Positions 28,191-40,000 of a stretch of DNA of 64,000 nt are shown in pieces; position 1 is the first letter of the stretch; every line of letters begins with the position of its first letter. The translations under genes and the position numbers were made by a program. Origin of the DNA: Octopus vulgaris (taxonomy: Eukaryota); the NCBI GenBank assembly GCA_951406725.2, contig OX597828.1:54622001-54686000 (forward strand). The letters are read 5' to 3'. The notes under the pieces are model-generated. The model was not told the DNA's origin. It did not search any database and saw nothing but the letters and a program-made list of their open reading frames with translations.

Positions 28191-28530
28191 AGTAAGAAAA
28201 TGGAGAAATACATCTAAATCAAATATCAATTACCAGATAATACTCAATCACATACTTTATTAAACCACCACATAAGAGACTGTAGGGTTAAATATAAAAA
28301 GCAGAACAAATCAGTGTACATAAAGGAATGTACATAAAAAAGTGTACATAAAAGAGTAATGTTGTATAATAATTAGAATATATATAAAAAAGAATATAAA
28401 TACAAGTAAATATAAATATAAGTATGAATTAGATCTTACAGCTGTTTCGGCCATGTCGATAATTTTGTCTCATTTTACCAATATTAGCCCTTTATGGTTG
28501 GTCAATATATAGATATAAATGAGACATTAA
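28189..28530 (-). mobile_element. PLE-terminal fragment with the 3' half of a hammerhead
   Basis: Minus strand GGCC-GAAA-CAGCUG-UA-AGAUCU at about 28431-28452; abuts (TA)n. Confidence 0.45.
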
Positions 28531-28539
28531 CAAAAAATC

Positions 28540-28730
28540 ACAAGAAATTAAAAACGGAAAATATGCACACTTACATAGTTTTAATATAATTTTTAATATA
28601 TCCGCCGGTTTCGCTATCGCTATTCATGACATGTTTGCATATGTATTTTCTTAAGAAGAAATTTTGTCCATGTTGTGTGGTGATGATATTTACGAGTGAA
28701 TGACTTCACAAGTAGAAAAATAAGGTGGGG
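28540..28730 (-). mobile_element. PLE-like terminal repeat family P2 (A3-U8 hammerhead, decayed copy at 28599-28631)
   Basis: Homologous to 50740-50932. Confidence 0.6.
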
Positions 28731-30052
28731 GGAGAGGACTCGGAAGATTCACATCATGAATGTTCCGAGTTTCTTGGTTCTGGTGAGGTGACTCGGAACA
28801 TTCACGATGCGAATATTCCGAGTCCTCTCTCCCACCCCCTGTTCGCGAGCGCGCATTTTTTTTCATATTCGTTTAGGCAAGATGTTTTACACATATTACA
28901 CTATTTTCTCTTCTTTTTTTTGCTCGGGTCAAACGCTTTAGTTTAACCGTAAAAAAAACACTCGACCTAGGCGCCACGTAGTGGGACTGAACTCGGAACC
29001 ATGTGGTTGGAAAGCAAGGTTCTTAACCACTCAGCCATAGCTGCATATATGCACACGCATTCATTCACACGTACCTTCATACATACATACATACATACAT
29101 ACATACATACATACATACATACATACATACATACATACATACATTACATACATACATACATACATTAAAACCCTTTGCATACATATATATGACATTGATA
29201 ACACTAGAGACACAATGAATAAGAAAAGCAATGGGGTAATATGTGTGGAGTCCCCGCGCGCACACACTTAACAGTTACAGATATGGCATTTCGTTTCATT
29301 CGTGCTGTTGTACTGACAAACTTCACCGAGGGCTGACCTGTAAGAAAACACAACAGGCTGACCTCGAGGTTATTTCTTAACACCCGTCGTGTTGTAGTTT
29401 ATGAAAATCACTCGTTCTTTCTCGTATTCTCTTCCTCTTAGATGTGTTTAAAACTACACAAAACGAGAAAACAACCGCGCTTCACTGCTTAAACATAGAA
29501 AAGATTAAATGGGTTTCGTAGCGGAACTAAATAGCAGGCTCTTCAATGAGATGACACCATTTCTTCCGATGATTATAGACGACACTCAACGAAATTGTCC
29601 AGGTGGTTCACGTCAGTGTTTTCCTTGTTTCGTCACCTTCACATAAACCCTCAAAATTACCCGATCCCTGCTTGCCGTCGGCGGTTTGCGTTGATGTGAA
29701 TTCATATCAAATTCTTTCATTTCCCGTTAAATCTAATTTTAGTTGCTTATTTCTTTTATTGGAGTATTCTGAGGAAAATTTTCGTTTGCTTTCAACCATT
29801 TGTAAATTTGTAAATTTTTCTATTTTCAATGGATTATTTTCAAATTTTCTATACAGATGCAGTTTTGTTTGCTGATGACGAATATCGCAGTCAATTTTTT
29901 TGAAAAATTAATAATTAACAAGACAGTAGCATTTAAAGTTATATATTTTTTAACCAATGAAATTAGTCATGTCTTTAAAAGCGGAAGTCGAAACTTTGCT
30001 GCCATGGCAATTCATTGAAAATGAAGAAGGGAAGGCGAGATTTTATTGTTTT

Positions 30053-30220
30053 GTTGGCAGAATCGTTAACACTCCGAACGAAATGCTTCGCAGTATTTCG
30101 TCCGACTTTACGTTCTGAGTTCAAATTACGCCGAGGTCGACTTTGCCTTTCATCTGCTGAACGCTGTGGTTGATGCAATTCCCCAAAATTGCCGCTCTTG
30201 TTGCAAAATTTGAAACCATT
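30053..30220 (+). mobile_element. SINE family B, internally deleted
   Basis: Head, core and AAATTTGAAACC tail. Confidence 0.65.
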
Positions 30221-30719
30221 ATTGTCTCCACCGGTGTTGGTATGTTTGTTGGTTGTGACAACCGGTGTTGGTATGTTTACGTCCCCATAACCTAGCGGTT
30301 CGGCAAAAGTGACAGATAGAATAAGTACCAGGCTGTTATATCGCAATACTACACAGTGGCTGTGTGAGTTACGAAATCCTCGTCGCCACTGCTACATCGC
30401 ACGTTCGGATGACCTCTTCTCAACCCTAGACTTCTCCCTCTGTATCTACGTATTGGGCTAGCCTACTTCATCGTCCGGGGGCGTCCACACAACACAGGCT
30501 TTATAAAAAAATGTACTGGGGTCAATTTATTCAACTGAAAATTCTTCAAGGCAGTGCCCCAGCATTACCGCAGGAAGTAAAGTAGGGGACAATCCTTTTT
30601 ACTATAGTCACAAGGCCTGAAGTTCCATTTCTCCGTTCATAATTTTGAGTGATGTCCGTTTCTAGAGCGGGATTGTGGGGTGTGTGTGTGTGGGAGTATG
30701 AATAAGTATTGTGTTGAAG

Positions 30720-31318
30720 TATTTAGCTATTTTATTTATTTATAGTTGCCTAGACGTTTTTATGTGTATGTATAGGGATATATATATAGGTGTGTGATTT
30801 AGTGTATGTAGTTAGATATGGTTATATATAATTAGTTATATGTGTATGGGTGTATATATAGTTTATTATTATATTATTATTATTTTTCGTTTTGTTTTAT
30901 ATTTTATATTTTATATTTTATATTTTATATTTAATTGTTGATAGGTTTATTTTAGTTTATATATTGTTTATATATTGATTATATATGGATTATATATAGG
31001 TTATATATGGATTATATATTTATATTTTTCATTAATACTTTAATTATTTTAAAATTATTATTTTTATATTTTAAAATATTGATATTTTAGATTGGAAGTC
31101 CACCTGAAGATTGTCGATCAAGACAAGAAACAATTGTAGTGGCGGTTTTTTTGACTATTTATTAAAATTTTATGTATTGATTAAGTCTTTCGTTGTTTGT
31201 TTTGCAAAATAGTGGTTTTGTCTCTAATAATATTTTATAATATTTTACTATAAAATTGGATTTAATCCTAAATCTGATTTTTTTCCCTGTAAATTTGGAT
31301 TTATTCCCTAATATTTAT

Positions 31319-31325
<7 letters not shown>
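30720..31325 (+). mobile_element. Penelope-like element terminal fragment (family P1)
   Basis: T-rich leader, hammerhead, 3' segment homologous to 8258-8680, ends in (TA)n; left boundary uncertain. Confidence 0.6.
31100..31142 (+). ncRNA. Minimal type I hammerhead ribozyme
   Basis: CCAC-CUGAAGA-UUGUC(GAUCAA)GACAA-GAAA-CAAUUG-UA-GUGG; intact core, GUA triplet. Confidence 0.85.
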
Positions 31326-31374
<49 letters not shown>

Positions 31375-31375
<1 letters not shown>

Positions 31376-31540
31376 TACGACAGGCTTCTTTCAGTTTCCG
31401 TCTACCAAATCCACTCACAAGGTATTGGTCGGCCCGGGGCTATAGCAGAAGACACTTACCCAAGATGCCACGCAGTGGGACTGAACCCGGAACCATGTGG
31501 TTGGTTAGCAAGCTACTTACCACACAGCCACTCCTGCGCC
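31375..31540 (-). mobile_element. SINE family A 5' half
   Basis: Close match to the family A head. Confidence 0.8.
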
Positions 31541-32245
31541 TTTATACATATACATACACATGTGTGTATATATATACATATATACAAGTAAAAGGTGAAC
31601 GATAAAAGATATTCGGTAACAGCATCCAAAACTATGTCAGAAGCACTTTTCTCTTGAAAATTGTCAGATGAAGTTTTGTGGTTATCCTTTACGATTGTAC
31701 TGCAGCATGACCGCAGCTCAATGACGCAGAAAGTCAAGCAAAAGTAAGAACGCTGTGACCGCCCACCTCAAATACAGAACATAGGATCATTCTTGATTAG
31801 AATACTCCCAGACTTGAAATAGAAATTAAATACAAAAAGCAAAAACTCTTTATCTCTTCTTCCAATCAAGAATATCGTTTAATCCTGCAATATTCTCAGT
31901 GCGTTCTTAATATCTGGTAAAACTAAACCAGTAGTACGTCACCTCGCTAAGGATTGTTAATAAAATAGAACAGCGTATAGGAACAAGATATTTATAGACA
32001 TCGCCATCATCAGGACGATCAAGACACTGGATTTTACAGAATCGGTGGATTGTCGAAGGAATGTGACATCCACATCACTTACACAACCACCACCACCACC
32101 ACCACCAACAACAACAACAATAACAACAACATCACCATCATCATCATCATGATCTTCTTCATCGTCTCCATCATCTTCATCGTCGTTACTATCAGCATTC
32201 ATCATTCATCATCATTTTGACAAATGAAAACAACGATGGCAACCC

Positions 32246-32277
<32 letters not shown>

Positions 32278-32850
32278 ACCACCACCGCCACTACCACCAC
32301 GATAATGACGACGACGATCATCATCATCATCATCAGATGCAGGCCAGGAGGCTAGGCGAAGGCTTGTGATGTGAACGCCAACAGCATACATTCGGTTCTC
32401 CTGCAGAGAAGGTGTGAAGAAGACTATGTGAGGCTAACGTCGAAGAGCTAATGCCTTGCGGTGTTTAGTTTCGTAGTCCCCTTTTACGTTCTTTTGAGTT
32501 CAACTCCTGCCGAGTTCGACTTTACTTTCAGATTTCCGGGGTTTGATAAACTAAATTACCACTTCATATAATTGTCTGCCATTTGATGTAGGACATCTGC
32601 GTGCGGTGATCCGACTAACCGTTCTGTAAGAGGTAGTTACGGAACGGTGTGCACCTACAGAGGCTTCTAAGCATCACGTTTGAAACGATGTTTAGCTTCA
32701 ACATATGTTGGCGGCGCAGCGTTTTGGAAACGAAAAACGAAAAAGACACAAAATTAAACATTGCTGTTCATGTCATGTGCACCACGTATAGGGGAGTTTG
32801 TTGGTTCAATTCTATGTGCAGTTGTTTCACTTACTCTCGCTTTTTCATTT

Positions 32851-33151
32851 CCGCCCTTTTCAAGCCTAGCCAGGCTCATGGGCCCCCGGTTTCCCGGTTT
32901 CTATGGCGTATGTGTTCCCCCCAGCCTGACGGGACGCCAGTCCATCTCAGCGTTACTCAAGAAACCGGAAGAAAGAGTGAGAGAAAGTTGGGGCGAAAGA
33001 GTACAACAAGGGTCGCAACCACCCCTGCCGGAGCTTCGTGGAGATTTAGGTGCTTTCGCTCAATAAACATACACAACGCCCAGTCTGGGAATCGAAACCG
33101 AGATCCTCCAACCTCGAGTCTGCTGCCCTAACCACTGGGCCATTGCGCCTC
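32851..33151 (-). mobile_element. tRNA-derived SINE family C, full length
   Basis: Highly similar to 25071-25371. Confidence 0.8.
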
Positions 33152-33244
33152 TACATTTCACTTACACACACCTGCATAAATATATAAATATTTAACTATA
33201 TACGCGTTTATATATTTATATATTAATGTTTGTGTGTATAAAGG

Positions 33245-33425
33245 TTGCTAGCTGGTAGAATAGATAGCACGCCTAGTAAAATGCTTATCTGTATTTCATC
33301 CGTCTTTAACGTTCTGAGTTCAAATTCCCCCGAGGTCGACTTTAAAATAACTCACACTTGAGCACTTGGGTTGATGTAATCGATCAAACCTCTCCCCCGA
33401 AATTGCTGGCCTTGTGCCCAAATTT
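33245..33425 (+). mobile_element. SINE family B, diverged
   Basis: Core and alternative tail. Confidence 0.6.
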
Positions 33426-33462
33426 GTGCATATGAAGGCGGCGAGCTAGCATAATAGTTATG

Positions 33463-34012
33463 GCACCTGAAAAAATGTTGTGTGTATGGTGGGACCGGGA
33501 AAGGATTATCCATTACGAATTGCTTGAATGGAACCAAACGGTCAACGCGGAAGTCTATGTTCAACAGAAGGAACGTCTCAACACGGCTATTCAAGAGAAA
33601 GGACCTAATCGGCAGCATGGGGCTCTTCTGCTGCACGACAACGCCCGCCCCCATATCGCCAATATGACCAAGGAAGCCATTCAAACGCATGGCTGGGAAG
33701 TGCTGCCACATCCGGCGTACACTCCTGATTTGGTGTCAACGGATTTCCACCTCTTACGATCTGTTTCAAATGCAATGCGCGGAGTTTCGTTCAATACTGA
33801 TACAGAATTGAGAGCTTGGCTGGATCAATTTTCCGAGTCGAAATTGGGTGATTTCTACCAACGTGGTATTGAAAATCTTGTTGAACGTTGGGAAGAAGTT
33901 GTAAACAACAAGGGTGAATACATTATTGATTAATTAGTTGTTATTTTTTCATCAAACCTTTCAAAAACTTTAAATTTAAAAAAACGGCAGGAACTTACTT
34001 GCCAACCTAATA
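33463..34012 (+). mobile_element. mariner (DD34D) transposon 3' half with right TIR
   Basis: MLCVWWD..LLHDNARPH..HPAYTPDLVSTDFHL (34 residues between the 2nd and 3rd Asp), stop at 33933; TIR ..GAACTTACTTGCCAACCTAA then TA. Confidence 0.9.
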
Positions 34013-34019
34013 TATATAC

Positions 34020-34071
<52 letters not shown>

Positions 34072-34368
34072 GGTTTATGAGTAACAATGAAGGGTGAAAT
34101 TAATTAATTTGGAACAATTATCAATTACACCAAGTAGTCTTCGGCATGTAAAAGCCTCATTCGAGGAAAATTTAAGTAATACTAAGCAATTAAGGGTTTA
34201 GCAACGAATTGCCTTACCACACACCGAATTTAGAAATAGCAGTCAAAGAGATTATAGCTATTTCTTCTACTAAAAGGGAGATCACAGTAAAGGCACAGCA
34301 TTTGAAAGGCAAACACAAACAGGTAAAGAGAATGAATTAACGGCAATCTATCATACAGTTTTAAGTCA

Positions 34369-34460
34369 CCTACGGACGTACGTTTCGAGATCAAGTCTTA
34401 GGAAAGCATAAGAATTAGATAACTCTACTTTACCCAGACTTCTTCTTTCATCAGCGCAGG
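34369..34460 (-). ncRNA. Type I hammerhead (left-arm copy)
   Basis: Reverse complement of 34860-34951. Confidence 0.7.
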
Positions 34461-34859
34461 ATACAAACAATCATGAATGATTGAATATTGAATTTTGAGA
34501 TACTAGAAGGCACCAACTCAACTCAGTATCAGAGCGAGCTAGAAGCCACAGCTAGTATCACCAAATTCAAAGTATGAATGAAAGCTTGTGTCACCAGTCC
34601 CTTCCCACCCGCGTGTAGCCAAGTCAAGTGCTGTGGTCATTTACTGGGATGAATATGGTTTATGAGTAATCCCAGTAAATGACCACAGCACTTTGACTTG
34701 GCTACACGCGGGTGGGAAGGGACTGGTGACACAAGCTTTCATTCATACTTTGAATTTGGTGATACTAGCTGTGGCTTCTAGCTCGCTCTGATACTGAGTT
34801 GAGTTGGTGCCTTCTAGTATCTCAAAATTCAATATTCAATCATTCATGATTGTTTGTAT

Positions 34860-34951
34860 CCTGCGCTGATGAAAGAAGAAGTCTGGGTAAAGTAGAGTTA
34901 TCTAATTCTTATGCTTTCCTAAGACTTGATCTCGAAACGTACGTCCGTAGG
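34860..34951 (+). ncRNA. Type I hammerhead with long stem II
   Basis: CCUGCG-CUGAUGA-(61-nt imperfect hairpin)-GAAA-CGUACG-UC-CGUAGG; A10.1/C11.1 mismatch. Confidence 0.7.
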
Positions 34952-35153
34952 TGACTTAAAACTGTATGATAGATTGCCGTTAATTCATTCTCTTTTACCT
35001 GTTTGTGTTTGCCTTTCAAATGCTGTGCCTTTACTGTGATCTCCCTTTTAGTAGAAGAAATAGCTATAATCTCTTTGACTGCTATTTCTAAATTCGGTGT
35101 GTGGTAAGGCAATTCGTTGCTAAACCCTTAATTGCTTAGTATTACTTATATAT

Positions 35154-35205
<52 letters not shown>

Positions 35206-35228
35206 GTATATATATATGGATATATAGA

Positions 35229-35276
<48 letters not shown>

Positions 35277-35308
35277 AATATACATAGATAGATATACATA
35301 TACATACG

Positions 35309-35356
<48 letters not shown>

Positions 35357-35734
35357 GTGCGTGTGAGTGTGAATACATGTATGAATGAAATGCTTGAAAA
35401 TAAGTGCGCTATGTTTGCATGTATATTATACATGTTATGCATGTTTCTATGCTTGCGTGCATATCTCTTCTTTATTCAGTATCATAGCCTGTTGTTATCA
35501 AACACCTTGCTTGGTGTGATTCTAATCTGATTCCAAAATCACAATGCTACAGCTGGCCTGATGTTTATCATCAATTTCAATTTCTCAGGTGTTCCGTAGG
35601 TGTCAGACAGATAAATATTTCTTGGTGTACCACTTCACTTTCTCTCGCTCAAAAAAAAAAAAAAAAAAAAAACCAAATCCACCTCCTTAATCGCTTTCAA
35701 AGACTTACGTCATGCCATTATTTGGAGCACCTAA

Positions 35735-36120
35735 AGCGGCGAGCTGGCAGAAACGTTAGCACGCCGGGCGAAATGCTTAGCGGTATTTCGTCTGCCATTA
35801 CGTTCTGAGTTCAAATTACGCCGAGGCCGACTTTGCCTTTTATGCTTTCGGGGTCGATAAATAAGTACCAGTTACGCACTGGGGTCGATATAATCGACTT
35901 AATCCGTTTATCTGTCCTTGTTTGTCCTCTCTGTGTTTAGCCCCATGTGGGTAGTAAAGAAATAGGTATTTCGTCTGCCGCTACGTTCTGAGTTCAAATT
36001 CCGCCGAGGTCAACTTTACCTTTAATCCTTTCGGAGTCGATAAATTAAGTACAAGGGTCGATGTAATTGACTATACCCCTACCCCAAATTTCAGGCCATG
36101 TTCCTATAATAGAAAGGATT
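35735..36120 (+). mobile_element. SINE family B dimer
   Basis: Head plus unit, junction near 35965, second unit with alternative tail. Confidence 0.85.
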
Positions 36121-36605
36121 CTTTGGAGAACCTAGTGATTCCTTTCTATGACCAACTAGTAGTCCTGGACTGCATTAGTCAGTACGATGTTTTAGTTTGG
36201 AATGGTCAGATCGAGAAATGATCGAACATTTTGAAACGTGGAATCATTCTAGAATCAAGGACGAACAGCAAAGGAATATGAACTTATAGAGTTTTTTTTT
36301 TCTTTTTAAGCTTCTTATTGTACTAATGTAGTGTATGTGAGAACGATTACAAACTGCACTAATTAATTAATCTACTAAAAAATAACACCTGGATTTGGTA
36401 GATACATGCACGATAATGAAACTAGATAGTTGATTTTATTAACCTGAGCATCCTGTTTTAGTGTTTTGTATATCAACACATCTTCCATTCTCGCTTTCCA
36501 CTCTCTCTCTCTTTCTCTGCCGCTCTCCACTCTTTATGTTATTTATCTATCTGTTTATTTATCAATGTATTTATGCAAACATAGAATACACACACAAACA
36601 CATGT

Positions 36606-36672
<67 letters not shown>

Positions 36673-38840
36673 TACACAACACATACAAACATACACATGC
36701 TTCTTATCAGCCATACAACGCCTTTCCGAATTTCTTAATCCTCCCACCCATAAAATATTCTATTAAAGTCCCAGGTGACACAAGTTATCTGTCAGTCGTT
36801 CTTCCACACTGTTTATCTGTATGTGTGTGTGTGTGTGTGTGTATGCGTGCGCGTGTATTTGTGTGTGTATGCGTGTATGTGTGTGTGTTATAGTTCGAAA
36901 GTTTCATTAAGAATCAAGGCACATCAACGTGTGTGGCGCCACCAGTTGGTTAGATAGACCCACACAAAGACTGTGAAATAATCTCTCATCATTGGTATCA
37001 ATTATACAGACTGGATACTGCTGTTAGGTAATTCTCAATTCCAATTATTTACCAATGATCCAATTTCTAGATGGAGACGGTCTCCGTTGAACCGAACTAA
37101 ATATCTGCCGTATAACATAATGATAGATTAATGTACACTTTGACGCCGTTTAATCTGTAAAAATCTTTTTTTCCTGCTACCTTTGGGTCGGATCATAAAT
37201 TAAATTACATTTTTTCTTCTCTTCCTTAATCTGTACCCTAGTTGATTGACATCTCTTGAACACACCCACGTATTCCAACTCTAAATCTCCACCATCTGAA
37301 ATTAGTAGGCTGTCATGGTTGAGTAAGTTTATATAGCGTCTGATGAGATTGGAGATTATGTAATATGATGTAATCCGTTATAACTACATTAAATAAATTT
37401 CTACCGAAACGATTGCCACGAATTTAAACCTGATAAAACACTGGTTCTTAACCATTTTCATCATCTTACCTGCCGAGACTCTCTATGGTATTACTGTGAC
37501 CCCTATAATAAATTTTGTAATAGTGATCCCTATAATAAATTTTGTAATAGTGAACTTTGCGTAAAGGTAAGATAAAACAAAACTATATGAAGATCCTAAT
37601 TTATTGAAAATCTTACAAATAAAAGGCCTTGAAAAGTGCTACAAAAAAAGGCATGAAACTACTGAACATCATACAAAACCTACTTATTCCCTCAGTGGGA
37701 GAGTTGATATTGTTTTGAAGTCGTAAATACTTGAAAGCGAGGAGCCGTGCTCGACAGACAACACCTCATGTCGGCGTTAATCACAAGCCTGCTGCATGCC
37801 TTTGTTTTCAGTGCCATCATTGCTGAATATCCAGCCACGCGGCGATAGGTCGAGGAGGGACTGGATCAGCATTGTCAGAGCATGCATCCATCGAAAGAAG
37901 AGAATAGTCGTCCTTCAGTTTCGCCTAAAATGTCGGAAGCTCTTATTCATAAAAATAGACTTTCAACTGAGTATCCTCATGAATGTGAAGAAACTCTACC
38001 TTCGCAGAAACATCAGTATAACCGATGGCCCTGTCCTTCATTGAAAAAGGGTCTGCAGATCCACACATCAATACAGTAGTCATCCAGTTCTGAAAAGTAA
38101 CTTTCGATGGCGACATTGCCAGAAGATGAGCTGAAATCTCTTCACGGAAACTGCATTCAGTTTCTGGCATGAAATCCAGAATAGTTGACTTCTGAAGGAA
38201 GAAATTTGTGTCACCGTCCTCAACTCTTTTCTGATAAAGTTTAATCATGCACTTGAACACTGCAATACAATACCTCAAATACATGAAATAAACTACTTTC
38301 TCCGAAATTCTCCGTGACCTCCACCCTCCGAGAAACCCCAAATGTCACCCCATCGGTCACGACCTCCTCCAGTCACAGCTCCCAGATTAAGAATCGCTGT
38401 GATAAAATATTTCCAGTATTCGCTCCTTTTGCGCTCTAAGTCTTGCCGAAGATGCGTATCCCGTTAATTCCCACAAGGTTAATGAATAAATTACCATTCA
38501 ATACCGCTTTACATCTTTCTCCCCACTCCACTGTTTCTCTGGAAAGACAGGCTTTGGAAACTGAAGGGTCCACTCGGATTAGATATTCAAGATACGATTT
38601 ATGTCACTCCATGTTCTGTCTTATGGTAGGCGCTATGGATAGTGCAACATTAGAGCCTAGATGGTACATGGAACACATGTAATTTAATCACATTTCACTG
38701 GGAGAATATACACACAAATATATGTATAGAGTCAACAGATGAGGACCAGAGATACCCAAAATAGAAAACAGTAGCGCTCAACTGATTTGAACTTATACTC
38801 CGAAATCTTTATTGGGGATTAAGTCAGTGGGGTGTCCCAC

Positions 38841-38943
<103 letters not shown>

Positions 38944-39058
38944 CATGCATACATACACACATACATGCATACATACATGCACACACCCATTAATATAATT
39001 TTATTACATATCGATGGGAACATATATATATATGTATATATATATGTATATATATATG

Positions 39059-39135
<77 letters not shown>

Positions 39136-39440
39136 CCATGCATAAACACATACAAAAAGAAGAAAAATAGAATGTACGTATTTATGTATCGTTTCTTTCC
39201 GTTTAATTTTTATACATATTTTTCTAAAAACATAGCTCAATGGAACAGAATATTATCTATTCCGTTCATAAAATAACAGACTACGTACTAGTTTGTATGT
39301 TATGATATATTCATTGATTTACCATTTGGTTATAATACTTGAATTAACCTTAAGTGGTTACTGAAAGCAATCTATATTCAATTTCAATTTTAGACTTTAT
39401 TCTTAAATCGCTATTTTGTATCATATATATATATATATAT

Positions 39441-39808
39441 TTCAACAATTGAGGGTAAAATTAATTAATTAATCAATTTCACCAAGAATTCAGTATACAA
39501 AGGGACCATTTAAGGCGAATTCAAATTATTACATTATATAAAAGGGCTTAGTAAAATAAATTACTTTGCCGCATACTGAACTCATTAGAAATAGCAGCTA
39601 AAAAAACTTTTTTAAAAACTATTTCCAATACTTAAAGAAAACCTCTCTCATATAGTGTTTGCTCAACGTGAGTTGAGTTGAGCAAACACTATATGAGAGA
39701 GGTTTTCTTTAAGTATTGGAAATAGTTTTTAAAAAAGTTTTTTTAGCTGCTATTTCTAATGAGTTCAGTATGCGGCAAAGTAATTTATTTTACTAAGCCC
39801 TTTTATTA

Positions 39809-39813
<5 letters not shown>
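39441..39813. mobile_element. Shorter inverted pseudo-LTR structure related to 34070-35148
   Basis: Arms 39530-39667 and 39677-39813; extension and arm motifs homologous to P4 (AGGGT.AAATTAATTAATT, TTAGAAATAGCAG). Confidence 0.7.
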
Positions 39814-39880
<67 letters not shown>

Positions 39881-39949
39881 GTATATAGATAGATAGATTG
39901 ACAGATACTGACAGAGAATTCGGTCCGGAGAAAACCGAAGTCGAGCAGT

Positions 39950-40000
39950 CCGTACTGATGAGGCAACGGAAATTGTTGAAACTGACCGGTCAGTATATAG
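39950..40000 (+). ncRNA. Hammerhead with 14-nt palindromic stem III (weakened stems I and II)
   Basis: CCGUA-CUGAUGA-GGCAA(CGGAAA)UUGUU-GAAA-CUGACCGGUCAG-UA-UAUAG. Confidence 0.6.

Larger units (their letters stand above)
34070..35148. mobile_element. Penelope-like inverted pseudo-LTR structure (family P4)
   Basis: Arms 34173-34650 and 34669-35148 are near-perfect inverted repeats; ~100-bp one-sided extension; hammerhead in each arm; in (TA)n. Confidence 0.75.

Noticed and set aside
29540-29640. hAT transposase-like peptide (PFLPMIIDDTQ)
   Set aside because: Too short and frameshifted to call
37501-37553. 27-bp tandem duplication (also a 15-bp x3 repeat at 11816-11865)
   Set aside because: Ordinary local slippage with no further structure
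37700-38700. GC-richer segment with ORFs of 65-132 aa
   Set aside because: Only faint LINE zinc-finger-like hints (ACLS..ETVE); cannot support an exon or a TE family call
38730-38780. CAGATGAGG..CCCAAAA hammerhead-like remnant
   Set aside because: Several core positions are wrong and there is no convincing stem I or III
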